Of a stretch of DNA of 64,000 nt, positions 30,257-41,406 are shown piece after piece (the first letter of the stretch is position 1; every line of letters starts with the position of its first letter). The position numbers and the translations under genes were made by a program. The stretch lies in the NCBI GenBank assembly GCA_038321865.1, contig JBBQFH010000011.1, positions 17,651-81,650 on the forward strand, written 5' to 3'. Below the pieces are notes generated by a model, which was not told where the DNA came from, ran no database searches, and saw only the letters and a program-made list of their open reading frames with translations. Source of the DNA: Gemmatimonadales bacterium. GTDB lineage: Bacteria > Gemmatimonadota > Gemmatimonadetes > Gemmatimonadales > GWC2-71-9.

Positions 30257-31428
30257 CGCCGCCGAGCGGCGGAAAACCTGAGCATCTGCACGGCGTGCGG
30301 CGCCACCGTGGCCGCATAGGATCGGGCGAAGCTGCCGAGGTCCGCGTGGGCCCAGAGGTCCCGAACGCGCACCGAGTCGCCGTGAAGGCCGGTCCGCGAG
30401 AAGTACGCGGTGATCTTCGCCGGCGCGGCCGAGCGGTTGAGGAGCGCCACCGCGCGCGAACCGTCGCGGAGCGGTTTGGCCCAGACCTGCAGCTCCGGCC
30501 CGTCGGTCCACACCAGTATCCCCTGCGCCCCGAGCGAGTCCTGGTCCACGGCGATCACCTCCGCATTGCCCAGGATGGCGCGGGTGGCGGCGCTCATCGT
30601 GCGGAGATCGTTCCCCGCAATCAGCGGCGCCGCCTCGATCGCCCACAGGCTGAAGTGGGCGCGGTATTCATCATCCGTCATGCCGCCGTTCCCAACCTCG
30701 AGCATGTCGGGGTCGTTCCAGGCGCCGGGCTTTGCGGCGGTCCCGTGCTGCGCCGACTGGTCGAGGTTGCCCAGCATCGAGCCCCACCGGTCCTCGATGT
30801 CGTCGGTCGTGCGCCAGAGATTGCCGGTGGCCGGACCCCATTCCCACGGCTGGTTGGACCCCCACTCGCAGATGCTCAGCACGATGGCCCGGCCCGAGTG
30901 GGCCAGCGCATCGCGGAATCGGGCGTACTGCACTCGGGCGTCGAGCCCTTCGGCGTTGCACCAGTCTTCCTTGACGTAATCCACGCCCCAGGCCGCGTAG
31001 GTGCGCGCATCCTGCAGCTCGTGGCCCAGTGTGCCGGGGCGGCCCTGGCAGGTCTTTCGGCCGGCGTCGGTGTAGATCCCGAACGACAGTCCCTGCCGGT
31101 GGACGTAATCGGCCAGCGCCTTGATGCCGTGGGGGAAGCGGCTCGAATCGGCGACGATGGTGCCGTCGGCAGCGCGGGCCACCTGCCAGCAGTCATCGAT
31201 CACGACATAGCGGTAGCCCGCATCCCGCAGCCCGCTGGCGGCCATCGCATCGGCCGTCTGGCGAATGAGCGAGTCGCTGACGTCACAGCCGAAGTGATTC
31301 CAGCTGTTCCAGCCCATGGGCGGCGTGCGGGCGAGACGGTTCTCCAGTACGCCGCCCGCTGGTGCGGCCGGCCGACCGGGTAGCAGGACAGGAGCGAGGA
31401 GCAGCAGCAGCGGCGTTGCGCGGATCAT
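30253..31428 (-). CDS. Secreted alpha-galactosidase, GH27
   Basis: TPPMGWNSWN, IDDCW, WGVDYVKED, WRTTDDI, WNDPDMLEVG. Confidence 0.93.
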   Translation of the reverse strand: MIRATPLLLLLAPVLLPGRPAAPAGGVLENRLARTPPMGWNSWNHFGCDVSDSLIRQTADAMAASGLRDAGYRYVVIDDCWQVARAADGTIVADSSRFPHGIKALADYVHRQGLSFGIYTDAGRKTCQGRPGTLGHELQDARTYAAWGVDYVKEDWCNAEGLDARVQYARFRDALAHSGRAIVLSICEWGSNQPWEWGPATGNLWRTTDDIEDRWGSMLGNLDQSAQHGTAAKPGAWNDPDMLEVGNGGMTDDEYRAHFSLWAIEAAPLIAGNDLRTMSAATRAILGNAEVIAVDQDSLGAQGILVWTDGPELQVWAKPLRDGSRAVALLNRSAAPAKITAYFSRTGLHGDSVRVRDLWAHADLGSFARSYAATVAPHAVQMLRFSAARRR

Positions 31429-31549
31429 CGGGTGCACGGGCGGGCCCCTGGAGGAAGTCGGTCGAATGTGGCTCCCGCGGCGTCGGCCCGCCAGATGCCG
31501 GTGTAAGCCCGGTCACCACGCCCCTGCCGGAGGCCAGCCATATTAACGG

Positions 31550-32557
31550 ATGACCCATCATCTGATGAACAGCCGATTCGCGGCGGCGGCAGCCGCCGCC
31601 CTCCTGCTCGCGTGCGGTCCGCGCCGGGAGGCCACCGTGCGCTCCGATTCGCTCTCCGCCACGTCGGCGGCAGCCACGCCGACCGGGGACAGCGCGGCCC
31701 CGGCACCGGCGCCTGCGCCGGCATCGACGCCGGCGGCTCCCGGCGGGGTGCTGGCGCACTATGACCTGACCGCGGCGCCGGCCTGGGATCACAAGCTGCC
31801 GAAGGGACTCGAGGAGATTTCCGGGCTGGCCTTCTCGCCGGACGGGCGCCTGTTCGCGCACGGGGATCAGGACGCCACCATCTGGCAGCTCGATGCGACC
31901 GGCGGCAAGGTGATCAAGACCTTCGGGCTCGCCCCGACCGGGCACGAGCCGGACATGGGCAAAAAGGCGAAGAAGAACGAGGTGGCGGGAGATTTCGAGG
32001 ATATTCAGATCGTGGGGGACCGGTTCTTCCTGATTTCGAGCACCGGCACGCTGCTGGAGTTCAAGGAGGGCGGCGACGGCAGCCACGTGCCATACACCGC
32101 CCGCGAGACCGGACTCGGCGCCTTCTGCGAAATCGAGGGCATGACGTACGACCCCGGCTCACGCGCGCTGCTGATCCTGTGCAAGCATCCACACCGGAAG
32201 GAATGGAAGGACCAGGTGGTGATCTCCGCGTGGTATCTGGACCGCAACGTGCTGTCCGAATCACCGTTGATCCGCGTGGATTACGCGAAGCTCGCCGGCC
32301 AGACCCACGCCCCGCTGTTCCACGGCTCCGCGATGGCGTTGTCGCCGGATCACAATTCCCTGGTCCTGATTGCCGGTCCGCAGAAGACCTTTGCCGAGCT
32401 GGCGCTCGACGGCACGATCCTGTCCGCCGGGATGCTCGACGCGGCGTCACACAAGCAGCCGGAGGGCATCGCCTTCGCTCCCGACGGCACCCTCCTGATC
32501 AGCGATGAAGGCGCCGGCAAGCGCGCCACCCTGAGCGGGTACGCGCGGAAGCGCTGA
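31550..32557 (+). CDS. SdiA-regulated/YjiK-like beta-propeller lipoprotein
   Basis: Lipobox LLAC, Pro/Ala linker, EISGLAF, DFEDI, IEGMTYD, QPEGIAF...ISDEG. Confidence 0.78.
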   Translation: MTHHLMNSRFAAAAAAALLLACGPRREATVRSDSLSATSAAATPTGDSAAPAPAPAPASTPAAPGGVLAHYDLTAAPAWDHKLPKGLEEISGLAFSPDGRLFAHGDQDATIWQLDATGGKVIKTFGLAPTGHEPDMGKKAKKNEVAGDFEDIQIVGDRFFLISSTGTLLEFKEGGDGSHVPYTARETGLGAFCEIEGMTYDPGSRALLILCKHPHRKEWKDQVVISAWYLDRNVLSESPLIRVDYAKLAGQTHAPLFHGSAMALSPDHNSLVLIAGPQKTFAELALDGTILSAGMLDAASHKQPEGIAFAPDGTLLISDEGAGKRATLSGYARKR

Positions 32558-32567
32558 CCCACGCGAC

Positions 32568-32596
32568 GACGGAGGCGCCAAGGCGGCGCCTCCGTC
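32568..32596. terminator. Perfect 12-bp stem-loop between convergent genes
   Basis: GACGGAGGCGCC-AAGGC-GGCGCCTCCGTC, 10 nt after the stop at 32557; no strong U-tract. Confidence 0.6.
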
Positions 32597-32640
32597 ATCA
32601 GAGCGGCCGGGGAGGCCGCTCTTCCATCCAACCCGTCGAG

Positions 32641-32910
32641 CTAGACCCGGCGGCCGCGTCCCGCGACAGCGTGGTAGATCACGAGCACCAGCACCGCACC
32701 CACCACCGCGACCACGATCGAATAGATGTTGAGGCCGGTCACGCCGCTGTGGCCGAACTGATTGAACAGCCACCCGCCCACGAACGCCCCGATGATGCCG
32801 AGCACGATGTCCATCACGACGCCTTCGCCGGTCTTGTTCACGATCTTGCTGGCGATGAAGCCGGCGATCAAACCGAGCACAAGCCACACAACAACAGACG
32901 TCATGTCCAT
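32641..32910 (-). CDS. GlsB/YeaQ/YmgE family stress membrane protein
   Basis: GLIAGFIASKI, DIVLGIIGAFVGG, AVVGAVLVL; GAGG RBS. Confidence 0.92.
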   Translation of the reverse strand: MDMTSVVVWLVLGLIAGFIASKIVNKTGEGVVMDIVLGIIGAFVGGWLFNQFGHSGVTGLNIYSIVVAVVGAVLVLVIYHAVAGRGRRV

Positions 32911-33042
32911 AGGTCACCTCGATTGAAGGGCAGCGAACAGGTCAGGCCAGCGGAGTGCAACCTACCGCCTGCCCCCGAGGTCCGTCAGTGAGGGGGATCA
33001 CGCAAACAGGGGGGATGCCTCGACGTCGCCAGCGATGAACCC

Positions 33043-34812
33043 ATGGTAAATTGGATCATGCCATTCAATTGCGGATCGGCGCGCCGCCGGATGGGCGGGG
33101 CCCTGCTGATCGGGCTGGCGCCGCTGTCGGCGTCGGGGGCGCAGGGCCGCCCTCCCGGCCGCCCGGCCCCGCTGGAGCGCACCTATTCCCTGCTGGCTCG
33201 CGAGTTTTCCGGTGACCGGGCACGGGAAACCGTGGCATTCGTGGAACAGTTCTGGCGGCAGCCGGGAAGCACCGGGTTCGATACGACGATCAGCCGCGTC
33301 GCCGGCGTGCTGGAGCACGCGGGATACGTTCGGGAGGACAGGGCAGGCCCGGCAGCGCCGCTGACCTATCGCATCGAGCACCGGCCGATGGATGCCCAAT
33401 CCTGGTCTCCACTGGACGCATCGCTGGCGATCGTCGGCGGTCCGGTGCTGCTCCGCTTCGCCACCAACCGCAACATGCTCGCGATCGGCTCCTGGTCCAC
33501 GCCGGACAGCGGCCTGGTCGCCGACGTCGTCGACCTGGCTGCCGTGAGACCCGAGAGCCTGGCCACGGTCGCCGGGAAGGTCGTCTTTGCCGAAGGCGCC
33601 GGGGCGTCGCTCGCCGCTGCCGCCATCCAGCGCGGTGCCGCTGGTGCGCTCATCTACCGGATGCCGGCCTACACTCGGCCGGACGTCAACCGTACCTCCA
33701 TCCAGTTCGGCGCCTTCGCCGCTGACTCGGCCCGGGCCACCTGGGGCATCTTCCTCTCCTACGCCGCACGCGGCGCGCTCCGCCAGGCGCTGGCGGCCGG
33801 TCCGGTCCGGGTTCGGGTCCGCACGCGGGTGGATCGGCATCCCGCGGACGAGCTCACGCTGGTAGCCGAGGCGCGCGGCCGGGTGGCGCCATCCGAGCGG
33901 TTCGTGTTCAGCGCCCATGTGCAAGAGCCCGGAGCCAACGACAACGCGAGCGGCGTCGGCACCCAGGCGGAGATGGCCCGGACGCTGGCGGCGCTGATCC
34001 GGCGCGGGCAGGTCCGTCCGGCGCGCACCATCACCTTCATCTGGGGCGACGAGATCCGCGCGGTGCAGCGATACCTGGCGGAGGATTCGGTCCGGCGCGC
34101 CGGCGTGCGCTTCGGGCTCAGTCTCGACATGGTCGGCGAAGATACGCGGAAAACCGGTGGCACCTTCCTCATCGAGAAGATGCCCGACCCGTCGGCCGTG
34201 TGGACGCGGGGAGACGATCACCACACCGAGTGGGGAGGATCCCGGCTCACGGTCGCGCAGCTCACGCCGCACTGGTACAACGACTTCGTGATCGGGCGTT
34301 GCGAGGACGTCGCTGCGCGGACGCCCGGCGGTTGGGCGGTGCGGGCCAACCCGTTCGAGGGTGGCAGCGATCACACGCCGTTTCTCGAGGCGGGGAAACC
34401 CGGCCTGCTGATGTGGCACTTCACCGACCAGTTCTACCACACCGACAACGACCGCCTCGGCATGGTGTCCGCCGCCGAAATGCGCAACAGCGGCGTGTGC
34501 GCACTCGCGGTGGGGATCACCCTCGCCACCGCCGATGCCGCGACCGCCCGATTCATCGTGGCGGGCACCAGGTCCGCCGCCCTCGCCCGGCTCGGGCGGG
34601 AGGCGGTGCTGAGCCGGGACTCGATTGCCCATGGCGGCGACCGGACGGAACAGCGGCAGATCGTCGAGACCTGGGGCGGCTGGTACGAAGGCGCGCTGCG
34701 CGCCATCACCGACGTGCCCGTGCGCGGCTCGACGCCTGCCCTGCGCGCCGCCATCGATTCGGCGGTCGCCGACGTCCACCGGGCGGTCGCCAGCCGCCTC
34801 GGCTCCCTGTGA
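33043..34812 (+). CDS. M28 family metallopeptidase, secreted
   Basis: SAH, GANDNASG, SLDM, GSDH and YHT; start uncertain (33043, 33058 or 33091). Confidence 0.85.
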   Translation: MVNWIMPFNCGSARRRMGGALLIGLAPLSASGAQGRPPGRPAPLERTYSLLAREFSGDRARETVAFVEQFWRQPGSTGFDTTISRVAGVLEHAGYVREDRAGPAAPLTYRIEHRPMDAQSWSPLDASLAIVGGPVLLRFATNRNMLAIGSWSTPDSGLVADVVDLAAVRPESLATVAGKVVFAEGAGASLAAAAIQRGAAGALIYRMPAYTRPDVNRTSIQFGAFAADSARATWGIFLSYAARGALRQALAAGPVRVRVRTRVDRHPADELTLVAEARGRVAPSERFVFSAHVQEPGANDNASGVGTQAEMARTLAALIRRGQVRPARTITFIWGDEIRAVQRYLAEDSVRRAGVRFGLSLDMVGEDTRKTGGTFLIEKMPDPSAVWTRGDDHHTEWGGSRLTVAQLTPHWYNDFVIGRCEDVAARTPGGWAVRANPFEGGSDHTPFLEAGKPGLLMWHFTDQFYHTDNDRLGMVSAAEMRNSGVCALAVGITLATADAATARFIVAGTRSAALARLGREAVLSRDSIAHGGDRTEQRQIVETWGGWYEGALRAITDVPVRGSTPALRAAIDSAVADVHRAVASRLGSL

Positions 34813-34822
34813 CCCCCCGGCC

Positions 34823-37474
34823 GTGACGGACACCGCCACCCGGGGCCTCGATCCCGCCGGCCCGGCCGAGTCGGGCTGGAGCGAGGACGCGCTGTGGCTC
34901 CTGGCGCGCGCCGGCCGGGTGCTCGGAGCGTCACTCGACATCGATGAGACGCTGGACGCGTTCCTCGAGCTCCTCGTCCCCGCCGTCGCCGATGCCGTGG
35001 TGCTGCGGGTCGGCGACCTGCCGTCCGGGTCGGTGCTGGCCGAGTCGATCCGGGCGGTGCCGGAGATGGATGCGGCGGTCCGCGACTACGTGCGCGCCTT
35101 TCCGCCGACCAACCCGGCAGGCAGCGCCCTCGCGCGCGCCGCCTCGACCCGGGCGGCGGTTGTCAGCAACGCCGTGACCGACCAGTGGTGCCGCGATCTG
35201 GCGCGGAGCGAGGCGCAGTACCAGGGCCTCCTCAGCATGGGCATCGGTGCCGTCGTCGCCGTTCCGCTGCTGCTCGGAGATCGGTCATTCGGCGCCATGA
35301 GCCTGATGATGTCCCGGACGACCCGCCGGACCTTTCCGGAGGGGACGGCCCTCCTGGTCGAGGAGCTGGCCAGGCGGGCGGCGGTGGCGGCGGACCACGC
35401 GCGTCTCTTCGCGGCGGAGCGCGCCGCCAGGGCCCGCGTCGAGCTGCTGCAGGCGCTCAGCGGGAAGCTGGCGGAAGCGACCAGCCCGGAAGCCATCGCG
35501 GCCATCGCGCTGGACGAGGGGCGCCGGGCGCTCGGCGCGTCGATGGGGCTCGTCGCGTTGCCGTCGGCGGACGGGAGCCGCCTCGACGCGCTCGACATGG
35601 TCGGATACGAGGACGGCGTGATGGACGTCTGGCGCACCATCCCGCTCGATCCGGCTGTGCCGGTCGCCGACGCCTTCCTCCGGCGGGAGCCGGTCTGGCT
35701 GCACGACGCGGCGGAGCGCGCGCGCCTCTATCCGTCGTTCAGTCCCTTTCACGCACGCGCGGGCTACGTCGCCGGCGCGTCGATTCCGCTCGTCGCCGGT
35801 GGCCGCGCTCTTGGGGTAATCGCGCTGGCATTCGCCGACGCGCACACCTTCGATCCGCTCGAGCGCACCCTCATGCTCAGCGTGGCGCAGCAGTGTGCGA
35901 TCGCGCTCGCGCGGGCCGATGCGATGCGCTCGCTGCAGCGGTGGGCCGACGTCTTCGAGCACACCACCCAGGCGCTCGCCGTGCTGGACGCCGATGCCAC
36001 CAGCATCGTCGCCGCGAATCCCGCGTGGGAACGGCTGTTCGGCTACACCCAGGGTGAGCTGGAAGGGATGGCGCTTAGCCGGCTCGAGGCGCCGCCGCGG
36101 CGCGAGGAAATCGCGGCAAACGTCGCCCGGGTCGCGGCAACGGAGCATGCCTTCTTCGAGACCCGATACCGTCGGCGCGACGGCAGCGAGTTCGCCGCGA
36201 CCGTGGATGCGACGCTGGTCTCGGACCCGGCCGGGAAACCGCTGTACCGCGTCGTGAACGTCGCCGATCTCACCGAGCGCTATCGCTTCGAGGCGGAGCT
36301 GCGCCAGTCACAGAAGATGGAGGCGATCGGACGGCTTGCGGGTGGTGTGGCCCACGAGATCAACAACGCGCTGCAGGGCGTGCTGGGGTTCACTGCCTTC
36401 GCCCTGAAGTCGCTGACGCCGGACCATGCCGCCTGGAACGATGTCGAGCAGGCGGCCCGGAGCGGCGAGCGGGCCCGGGACATCGCCTGGCAGCTGCTCG
36501 CCTTCAGCCGCCGGCAGATTCTCCAGCCGCAGCCGCTGGAGCTCACCGGCGTCGTGAACGATTTCCTGCCGGTGCTGCGTCAGGGGGTGGGGCCCGACCG
36601 CGAGCTGCTGCATCGCTCCACGGCTGCCGCGCCGGTCGCGGCGGACCGCGGCCAGCTGGAGCAGGTCCTGCTCAATCTGATCCTCAACGCCCGGGACGCG
36701 ACCCGCCCGGGCGGCCTTATCGAGATCCTGGTGGACGTGCTGCCGGTCACCCCCGCGCTGCTCGCCGCCGACGCGGAACTCCGGGCCGGCCAGGTGCTTC
36801 CCGGCCGCTATGCGCGCCTCCGCGTGCGCGACGACGGCGAGGGCATGGACCACGAGACGCGGTCACGGGTCTTCGAGCCCTTCTTCACCACCAAGACTGC
36901 GGGCGACGGCACCGGCCTCGGCCTCGCGGTCGCGCACGGAATCGTGGAGCAGAGCGGCGGCCGCATCTGGTGTGAGTCGTCGCCGGGCGCCGGCACGACG
37001 TTTACGGTCCTGCTTCCCTCCCGCGAACTGGACGAGACGGGCAACGCGCACGCCCGGCGGTCGGGCGATTCGCGGGTACGCGGGGCCGAGCGCGTGCTGG
37101 TCGTGGATGACGAGGCTCACGTACGGGGGTTCCTGCGCCGCGAGCTCGAGGCGCTGGGGTACGCGGTGCGGGAGTCGGTGGATGGGGTGGCGGCTCTGGC
37201 TTGGCTCGAGGACGCGGCGCAGAACGGCACGCGGCCGATCGAACTGGTGATCACCGACCTGATCATGCCCCGGCTCAGCGGCCGGGAATTCGGTGCGGCG
37301 GTCGTCTCGCGCTGGCCGGACGTCGGCTTGCTGTACATGTCCGGATACCCGGGCGATGAGGTCATCCGGCAGGGCATGCTCTCCGCCGAGGACGCGTTCA
37401 TGCAGAAGCCGTTTGCCGGCGAGGAACTGGCGGCGCGCGTGCGGACGCTGCTCGATGGGGCGGCTGCGCGCTGA
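34823..37474 (+). CDS. Hybrid sensor kinase (GAF-GAF-PAS-HisKA-HATPase-REC)
   Basis: LGASLDIDETL, ELARRAAVA, GGVAHEINN, FEPFFTTK, VLVVDDE...TDLIMP; GTG start inferred. Confidence 0.9.
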   Translation: MTDTATRGLDPAGPAESGWSEDALWLLARAGRVLGASLDIDETLDAFLELLVPAVADAVVLRVGDLPSGSVLAESIRAVPEMDAAVRDYVRAFPPTNPAGSALARAASTRAAVVSNAVTDQWCRDLARSEAQYQGLLSMGIGAVVAVPLLLGDRSFGAMSLMMSRTTRRTFPEGTALLVEELARRAAVAADHARLFAAERAARARVELLQALSGKLAEATSPEAIAAIALDEGRRALGASMGLVALPSADGSRLDALDMVGYEDGVMDVWRTIPLDPAVPVADAFLRREPVWLHDAAERARLYPSFSPFHARAGYVAGASIPLVAGGRALGVIALAFADAHTFDPLERTLMLSVAQQCAIALARADAMRSLQRWADVFEHTTQALAVLDADATSIVAANPAWERLFGYTQGELEGMALSRLEAPPRREEIAANVARVAATEHAFFETRYRRRDGSEFAATVDATLVSDPAGKPLYRVVNVADLTERYRFEAELRQSQKMEAIGRLAGGVAHEINNALQGVLGFTAFALKSLTPDHAAWNDVEQAARSGERARDIAWQLLAFSRRQILQPQPLELTGVVNDFLPVLRQGVGPDRELLHRSTAAAPVAADRGQLEQVLLNLILNARDATRPGGLIEILVDVLPVTPALLAADAELRAGQVLPGRYARLRVRDDGEGMDHETRSRVFEPFFTTKTAGDGTGLGLAVAHGIVEQSGGRIWCESSPGAGTTFTVLLPSRELDETGNAHARRSGDSRVRGAERVLVVDDEAHVRGFLRRELEALGYAVRESVDGVAALAWLEDAAQNGTRPIELVITDLIMPRLSGREFGAAVVSRWPDVGLLYMSGYPGDEVIRQGMLSAEDAFMQKPFAGEELAARVRTLLDGAAAR

Positions 37475-37529
37475 GACGAATCTGACGGTCGCTTCTCCAT
37501 CGCGCGCCCGCCGCGTCGCCGTCGGCGCG

Positions 37530-37952
37530 ATGTTCAGCTCGACGCTTGCGATAGCGGCGGCATACGGCTCGGCCTTCCTTTCCGGCGGGTCGCCTGCCTG
37601 GGCGACGTGGCTGTTCGTCGGCGGGACCGCCTGCCTGATGGTCGGTGCGATGGTGCTGGGCGCCGCACGGCCGGGCCGCCGTCTCGGCCCCGTGCTGCTC
37701 GCCTTTGCGTTCATCTGGATCGTGATCGTCGGCGGCTTCAGCGTCGTACTGCTGCTGCCCGCGACCGACAGCGCGGTCTCCGCACTCTGGCTCGGGCTGC
37801 CGCCGCGTGCGGCGGTGATCGTGTACGGCATCGGGCTGTTGCCGGTGCTGGTCCTGCCGCTCGCGTACGCGCTCACGTTCGACTCGCTGACGCTGAGTGA
37901 GGCCGACCTCGAGCGGGTCCGTGCCGCCTCCCGGTCCGGCGGTCCGTCGTGA
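37530..37952 (+). CDS. Small multi-pass membrane protein, coupled to the sodium:solute symporter
   Basis: About four hydrophobic segments; GTGA overlap with the next gene; true start may lie upstream (CTG 37482). Confidence 0.65.
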   Translation: MFSSTLAIAAAYGSAFLSGGSPAWATWLFVGGTACLMVGAMVLGAARPGRRLGPVLLAFAFIWIVIVGGFSVVLLLPATDSAVSALWLGLPPRAAVIVYGIGLLPVLVLPLAYALTFDSLTLSEADLERVRAASRSGGPS

Positions 37953-39469
37953 GCGTGACCCGGCTCCTGCTTCAGTCGCGGGCGCTGCCCCTGCCGCCGC
38001 TGGCTCGTCCCGCGATCATCGTCGTCGCGCTGCTCTACTTTGCCGCGATCGCCGCCATCAGCGTCTGGGCCGCGCGCCGCACGCACAGCGCCCGCGACTT
38101 CTTCGTTGCCGGCAACGGGATCGGCCTCTGGGCGCTGGCCCTCTCCGCCATGGCGGCCACGACGTCGGGCTTCGCATTCATCGGCGGCCCCGGACTGGTG
38201 TACGCCTCCGGGCTCGGCGCGCTGTTCCTGATTCTTCCCGCCGGCATCACCAACGCGATGGGTGCCTGGGTGCTGGCCAAGCGCATGCGCCTGCTGGCCG
38301 AAGTGCGGGGGGTGCTCACGGTGCCGGATGCCGTCGGCGCACGATATCGGTCCCGGCTGGCGCAGGGACTGGCCGGTGTCGCCATCCTGATTGCCACCAT
38401 CGGCTACATGGCGACCAACATCCTGGCGCTCGGCCTCGTGATCGATTCGGTCTTCGCCACCGGGATCACGATCGGCATCTGGCTCGGCATGGCGATCGTG
38501 CTGGCCTATTCGGCTTCAGGAGGGATGATCGCCGGCATCTACACCGACATGGTGGAAGGATCGCTGAAGGCGCTGGCCTCGGCGCTGGTGTTCGTGTTCA
38601 CGCTCAAGTCGGGCGGCGGGATGAGCGGGCTCTCCCGGTCCGTGCTGGCCGCCGATCCCGCCTGGCTCGGCCCCTGGGGCAGGATGGCCCCGCTGGCGGC
38701 ACTGTCGCTCTTCCTCGTCTTCGGGCTGGGCTCGCTGGGGCAGCCCCACGTGATCCACAAGTTCTACATGATTCGGGACCCCAGACGCCTCCGCTGGTAT
38801 CCGCTCCTGATGACCTGTGCGCTCATCCTGAGCCTGCTGCTGTACTTCGGTGTCGGGTTCGCAGTGAAGGCGCTGGTGTCGCGCGGCGATCTCGCTCCCC
38901 TGGCCCGTCCCGACGAAGCGACACCGACCTTCCTGCTGCACTACACGCCGGTGCTCCTCAGCGCGCTTGTCTTCTCCGGCGTGGCCGCCGCCATCATGAG
39001 CACGATGAACTCGTTCATGAATATCGGGGCCGCCGTCGTGACGCACGATCTGCCGGTCGCGCTGGGGCGCCGGATGCGGAACGAGCTCCGATGGGGCCGT
39101 ATCTCCACCGTGATCATCTCCGTCGCCGCCGCGCTGGTGGCCCAGCATTCCGGGGCCGTCGTCGTGCTGCTCGGCATCTTCGGCTGGGGCCTGTTCGCGT
39201 CCACCCTGGTCCCCTCGCTGGCGATCGGACTCAACTGGCCGGGCGCGACGCGGGCCGGCGCCGTCGCCTCCATCGCGACGGGCCTCGCGCTGACGCTCGT
39301 GCTCGAAACCGCCGCCTTCCTCCACCGGATGACGCTCCCGTCCGGCGTGACCGTGTCGGGACTGGCGCTCGTGTCGTCGCTGCTCGTGTTCTTCGTCGTC
39401 TCCTGGGTGACCCGGGCGGGTGCCGCCGAGACGATCGACCCGGACATCCGGCTCGTGATGGATGCCTGA
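37949..39469 (+). CDS. Sodium:solute symporter (SSS, PutP/PanF-like)
   Basis: DFFVAG, SGFAFIGGPGLVY, GQPHVIHKF, AAIMST. Confidence 0.9.
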   Translation: MSVTRLLLQSRALPLPPLARPAIIVVALLYFAAIAAISVWAARRTHSARDFFVAGNGIGLWALALSAMAATTSGFAFIGGPGLVYASGLGALFLILPAGITNAMGAWVLAKRMRLLAEVRGVLTVPDAVGARYRSRLAQGLAGVAILIATIGYMATNILALGLVIDSVFATGITIGIWLGMAIVLAYSASGGMIAGIYTDMVEGSLKALASALVFVFTLKSGGGMSGLSRSVLAADPAWLGPWGRMAPLAALSLFLVFGLGSLGQPHVIHKFYMIRDPRRLRWYPLLMTCALILSLLLYFGVGFAVKALVSRGDLAPLARPDEATPTFLLHYTPVLLSALVFSGVAAAIMSTMNSFMNIGAAVVTHDLPVALGRRMRNELRWGRISTVIISVAAALVAQHSGAVVVLLGIFGWGLFASTLVPSLAIGLNWPGATRAGAVASIATGLALTLVLETAAFLHRMTLPSGVTVSGLALVSSLLVFFVVSWVTRAGAAETIDPDIRLVMDA

Positions 39470-39472
39470 GCG

Positions 39473-40420
39473 CTAGTCGATCGGCTTCAGATTCCGCTCG
39501 ATCTGCTCGCGCCGACCCTCGAGAAACGGCGGCAGCGACACCTTCTCGCCCAGCGTGCTGACCTCCTCATCCGCCGCGAACCCGGGCCCCTCGGTCGCGA
39601 TCTCGAACAGGATCCCGTTCGGCTCGCGGAAATAGAGGCTCCGAAACCAGTAGCGGTCTACCTTGCCGCTGTTGGCGATCCCCAGCGTGTTCAGTCGCTC
39701 CGCCCACGCATCGTATTCCGCGTCGGGCGATCGGAACGCCACGTGATGAACACCGCCTGCGCCCGGCTCGGCCCGCGGCAGGTCCGGCTGCACCGCCACG
39801 TGCAGCTCGGCGCCGGGCCCGCCCGCACCCATCTCGAAGACGTGAACCGTGTGCTTCGGGATGTCGGGGTGCGGATACTGCCGCGCCGGCCGCATGCCAA
39901 GCCCATCCTCCAGCAGCCGGGCGGTCGGCGCGAGGGCGGGGACGCTGAGCACGATCGGCCCCAGGCCGCGCACCTGATGTTCGGCCGGAACCGGGCTGCG
40001 CTCCCATGGATGCGCCGGGCCCGCACCCCCGTCATCCACCAGCGAGAGTCGCTGGCCTTCGGCATCGTCGAAATCGAGGGTGAGCCGCCCGTCGCGCTCG
40101 GCGAGAGGAGCCGGCGTGACGCCGTGCGCGCGAAGGCGGGCGTCCCACCATGCGAGCGAATCCCGCCCGGAGACGCGGAGGTGCGTCCGCGAGATCGAAC
40201 GGGTGCCGCGTCCCTCCCGCGGCACCGGCCAGTCGAAGAAGGTGAGGTCGGTGCCGGGGGAGCCCACGGCGTCGGCGTAGAACAGGTGATACGCGCTCAC
40301 GTCGTCCTGATTGACGCTCCGCTTCACCAGGCGCATGCCCAGCGTGCCGGTGTAGAAGAGATGGTTGTCGCGAATCCGCGCCGACACCGCCGTGAGATGA
40401 TGAATGCCCTTCAGGTCCAT
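39473..40420 (-). CDS. Ring-cleaving dioxygenase / VOC family (MhqO-like)
   Basis: [12 protein letters not shown]...[35 protein letters not shown]. Confidence 0.92.
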   Translation of the reverse strand: MDLKGIHHLTAVSARIRDNHLFYTGTLGMRLVKRSVNQDDVSAYHLFYADAVGSPGTDLTFFDWPVPREGRGTRSISRTHLRVSGRDSLAWWDARLRAHGVTPAPLAERDGRLTLDFDDAEGQRLSLVDDGGAGPAHPWERSPVPAEHQVRGLGPIVLSVPALAPTARLLEDGLGMRPARQYPHPDIPKHTVHVFEMGAGGPGAELHVAVQPDLPRAEPGAGGVHHVAFRSPDAEYDAWAERLNTLGIANSGKVDRYWFRSLYFREPNGILFEIATEGPGFAADEEVSTLGEKVSLPPFLEGRREQIERNLKPID

Positions 40421-40443
40421 GCGTCCCTCTTTTGGCCCGCCGG

Positions 40444-41406
40444 TCAGGCGGGTTGGGGGGTCAGGGGTGTGAGTGCCGCCACGATCTGCGCCCGGCGGGG
40501 CTCGAGAAACGGCGGCAGCGAGAGCCGTTCCCCGTCGATCGGGCCGTCGACCTCGAAACCGGGGCCGTCGGTGGCCAGCTCGAAGAGGACGTGGCCCGGC
40601 TCGCGCACGTAGACCGAAGTGAAGTAGTGTCGGTCCACGATGCCGCTGTTCTCGTAGCCGAGCTCGTCGAGCCGGGCAACCCAGTCGCTCATGACGCCGC
40701 CTTCGGGCACCCGGAGCGCGACATGGTGCACCCCGCCGGCCCCGTACCGTGCCCTCGGCAGGTCGTCGCGGACGGTCACATGCACTTCGGCACTCGGCCC
40801 GCCGGCTCCCATCGCGTACACGTGCACCAGGAATGGCGTACCAGCGACCGGATAGCTGCGAACAGGCCGGAGGCCGAGCGCCGTGGTCAGGAAGCGGTCG
40901 GTGGGCTCGAGCGCCGGCACCGTGATGACGGTGTGGCCCAGGCCGCGGATCTGATGGGCGGCTGGCACCGGGCTTCCCTCCCACGGAAACGCCGGGCCCG
41001 CGCCGCCGTCGTCGAGCAACGCGAGCAGGGTGCCTTCGAAATCCTCGAAGTCGAGCACCGCGCGGCCGTCGCGATTCGTGATGCCGCCGTGGCCGACGCC
41101 CAGTCGGGTGAGCCGCTCCGCCCACCACCCCAGCGTGCCGGCGCCCGCCACCCGGAAGGTGGTGGCCGAGATGCTGTTGTTGCCGCGATACTCGGGCGCG
41201 GCGTGAGGGATGTCGAAGACCGTCATGTCCGATCCCGGACTGCCCGCACCGTCGCCGAAGAAGAGGTGATACATCGTCGGCTCGTCCTGATTGACGGTGC
41301 GGATGACCGGCCGGAGCCCGAGCACCCGGGTGTAGAAGTCGTGCGACCTCCCGATGTGCGCACTGAGCGAGCTAACATGGTGAATGCCGCCAAGCTTGAA
41401 GGTCAT
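40444..41406 (-). CDS. Ring-cleaving dioxygenase / VOC family (second paralog)
   Basis: [48 protein letters not shown]. Confidence 0.92.
   Translation of the reverse strand: MTFKLGGIHHVSSLSAHIGRSHDFYTRVLGLRPVIRTVNQDEPTMYHLFFGDGAGSPGSDMTVFDIPHAAPEYRGNNSISATTFRVAGAGTLGWWAERLTRLGVGHGGITNRDGRAVLDFEDFEGTLLALLDDGGAGPAFPWEGSPVPAAHQIRGLGHTVITVPALEPTDRFLTTALGLRPVRSYPVAGTPFLVHVYAMGAGGPSAEVHVTVRDDLPRARYGAGGVHHVALRVPEGGVMSDWVARLDELGYENSGIVDRHYFTSVYVREPGHVLFELATDGPGFEVDGPIDGERLSLPPFLEPRRAQIVAALTPLTPQPA

Noticed and set aside
40421..41128. Apparent long N-terminal extension or fusion of the dioxygenase ORF 39473-41128
   Set aside because: It overlaps the upstream paralog in another frame; a GAGGGA RBS supports the start at 40420.
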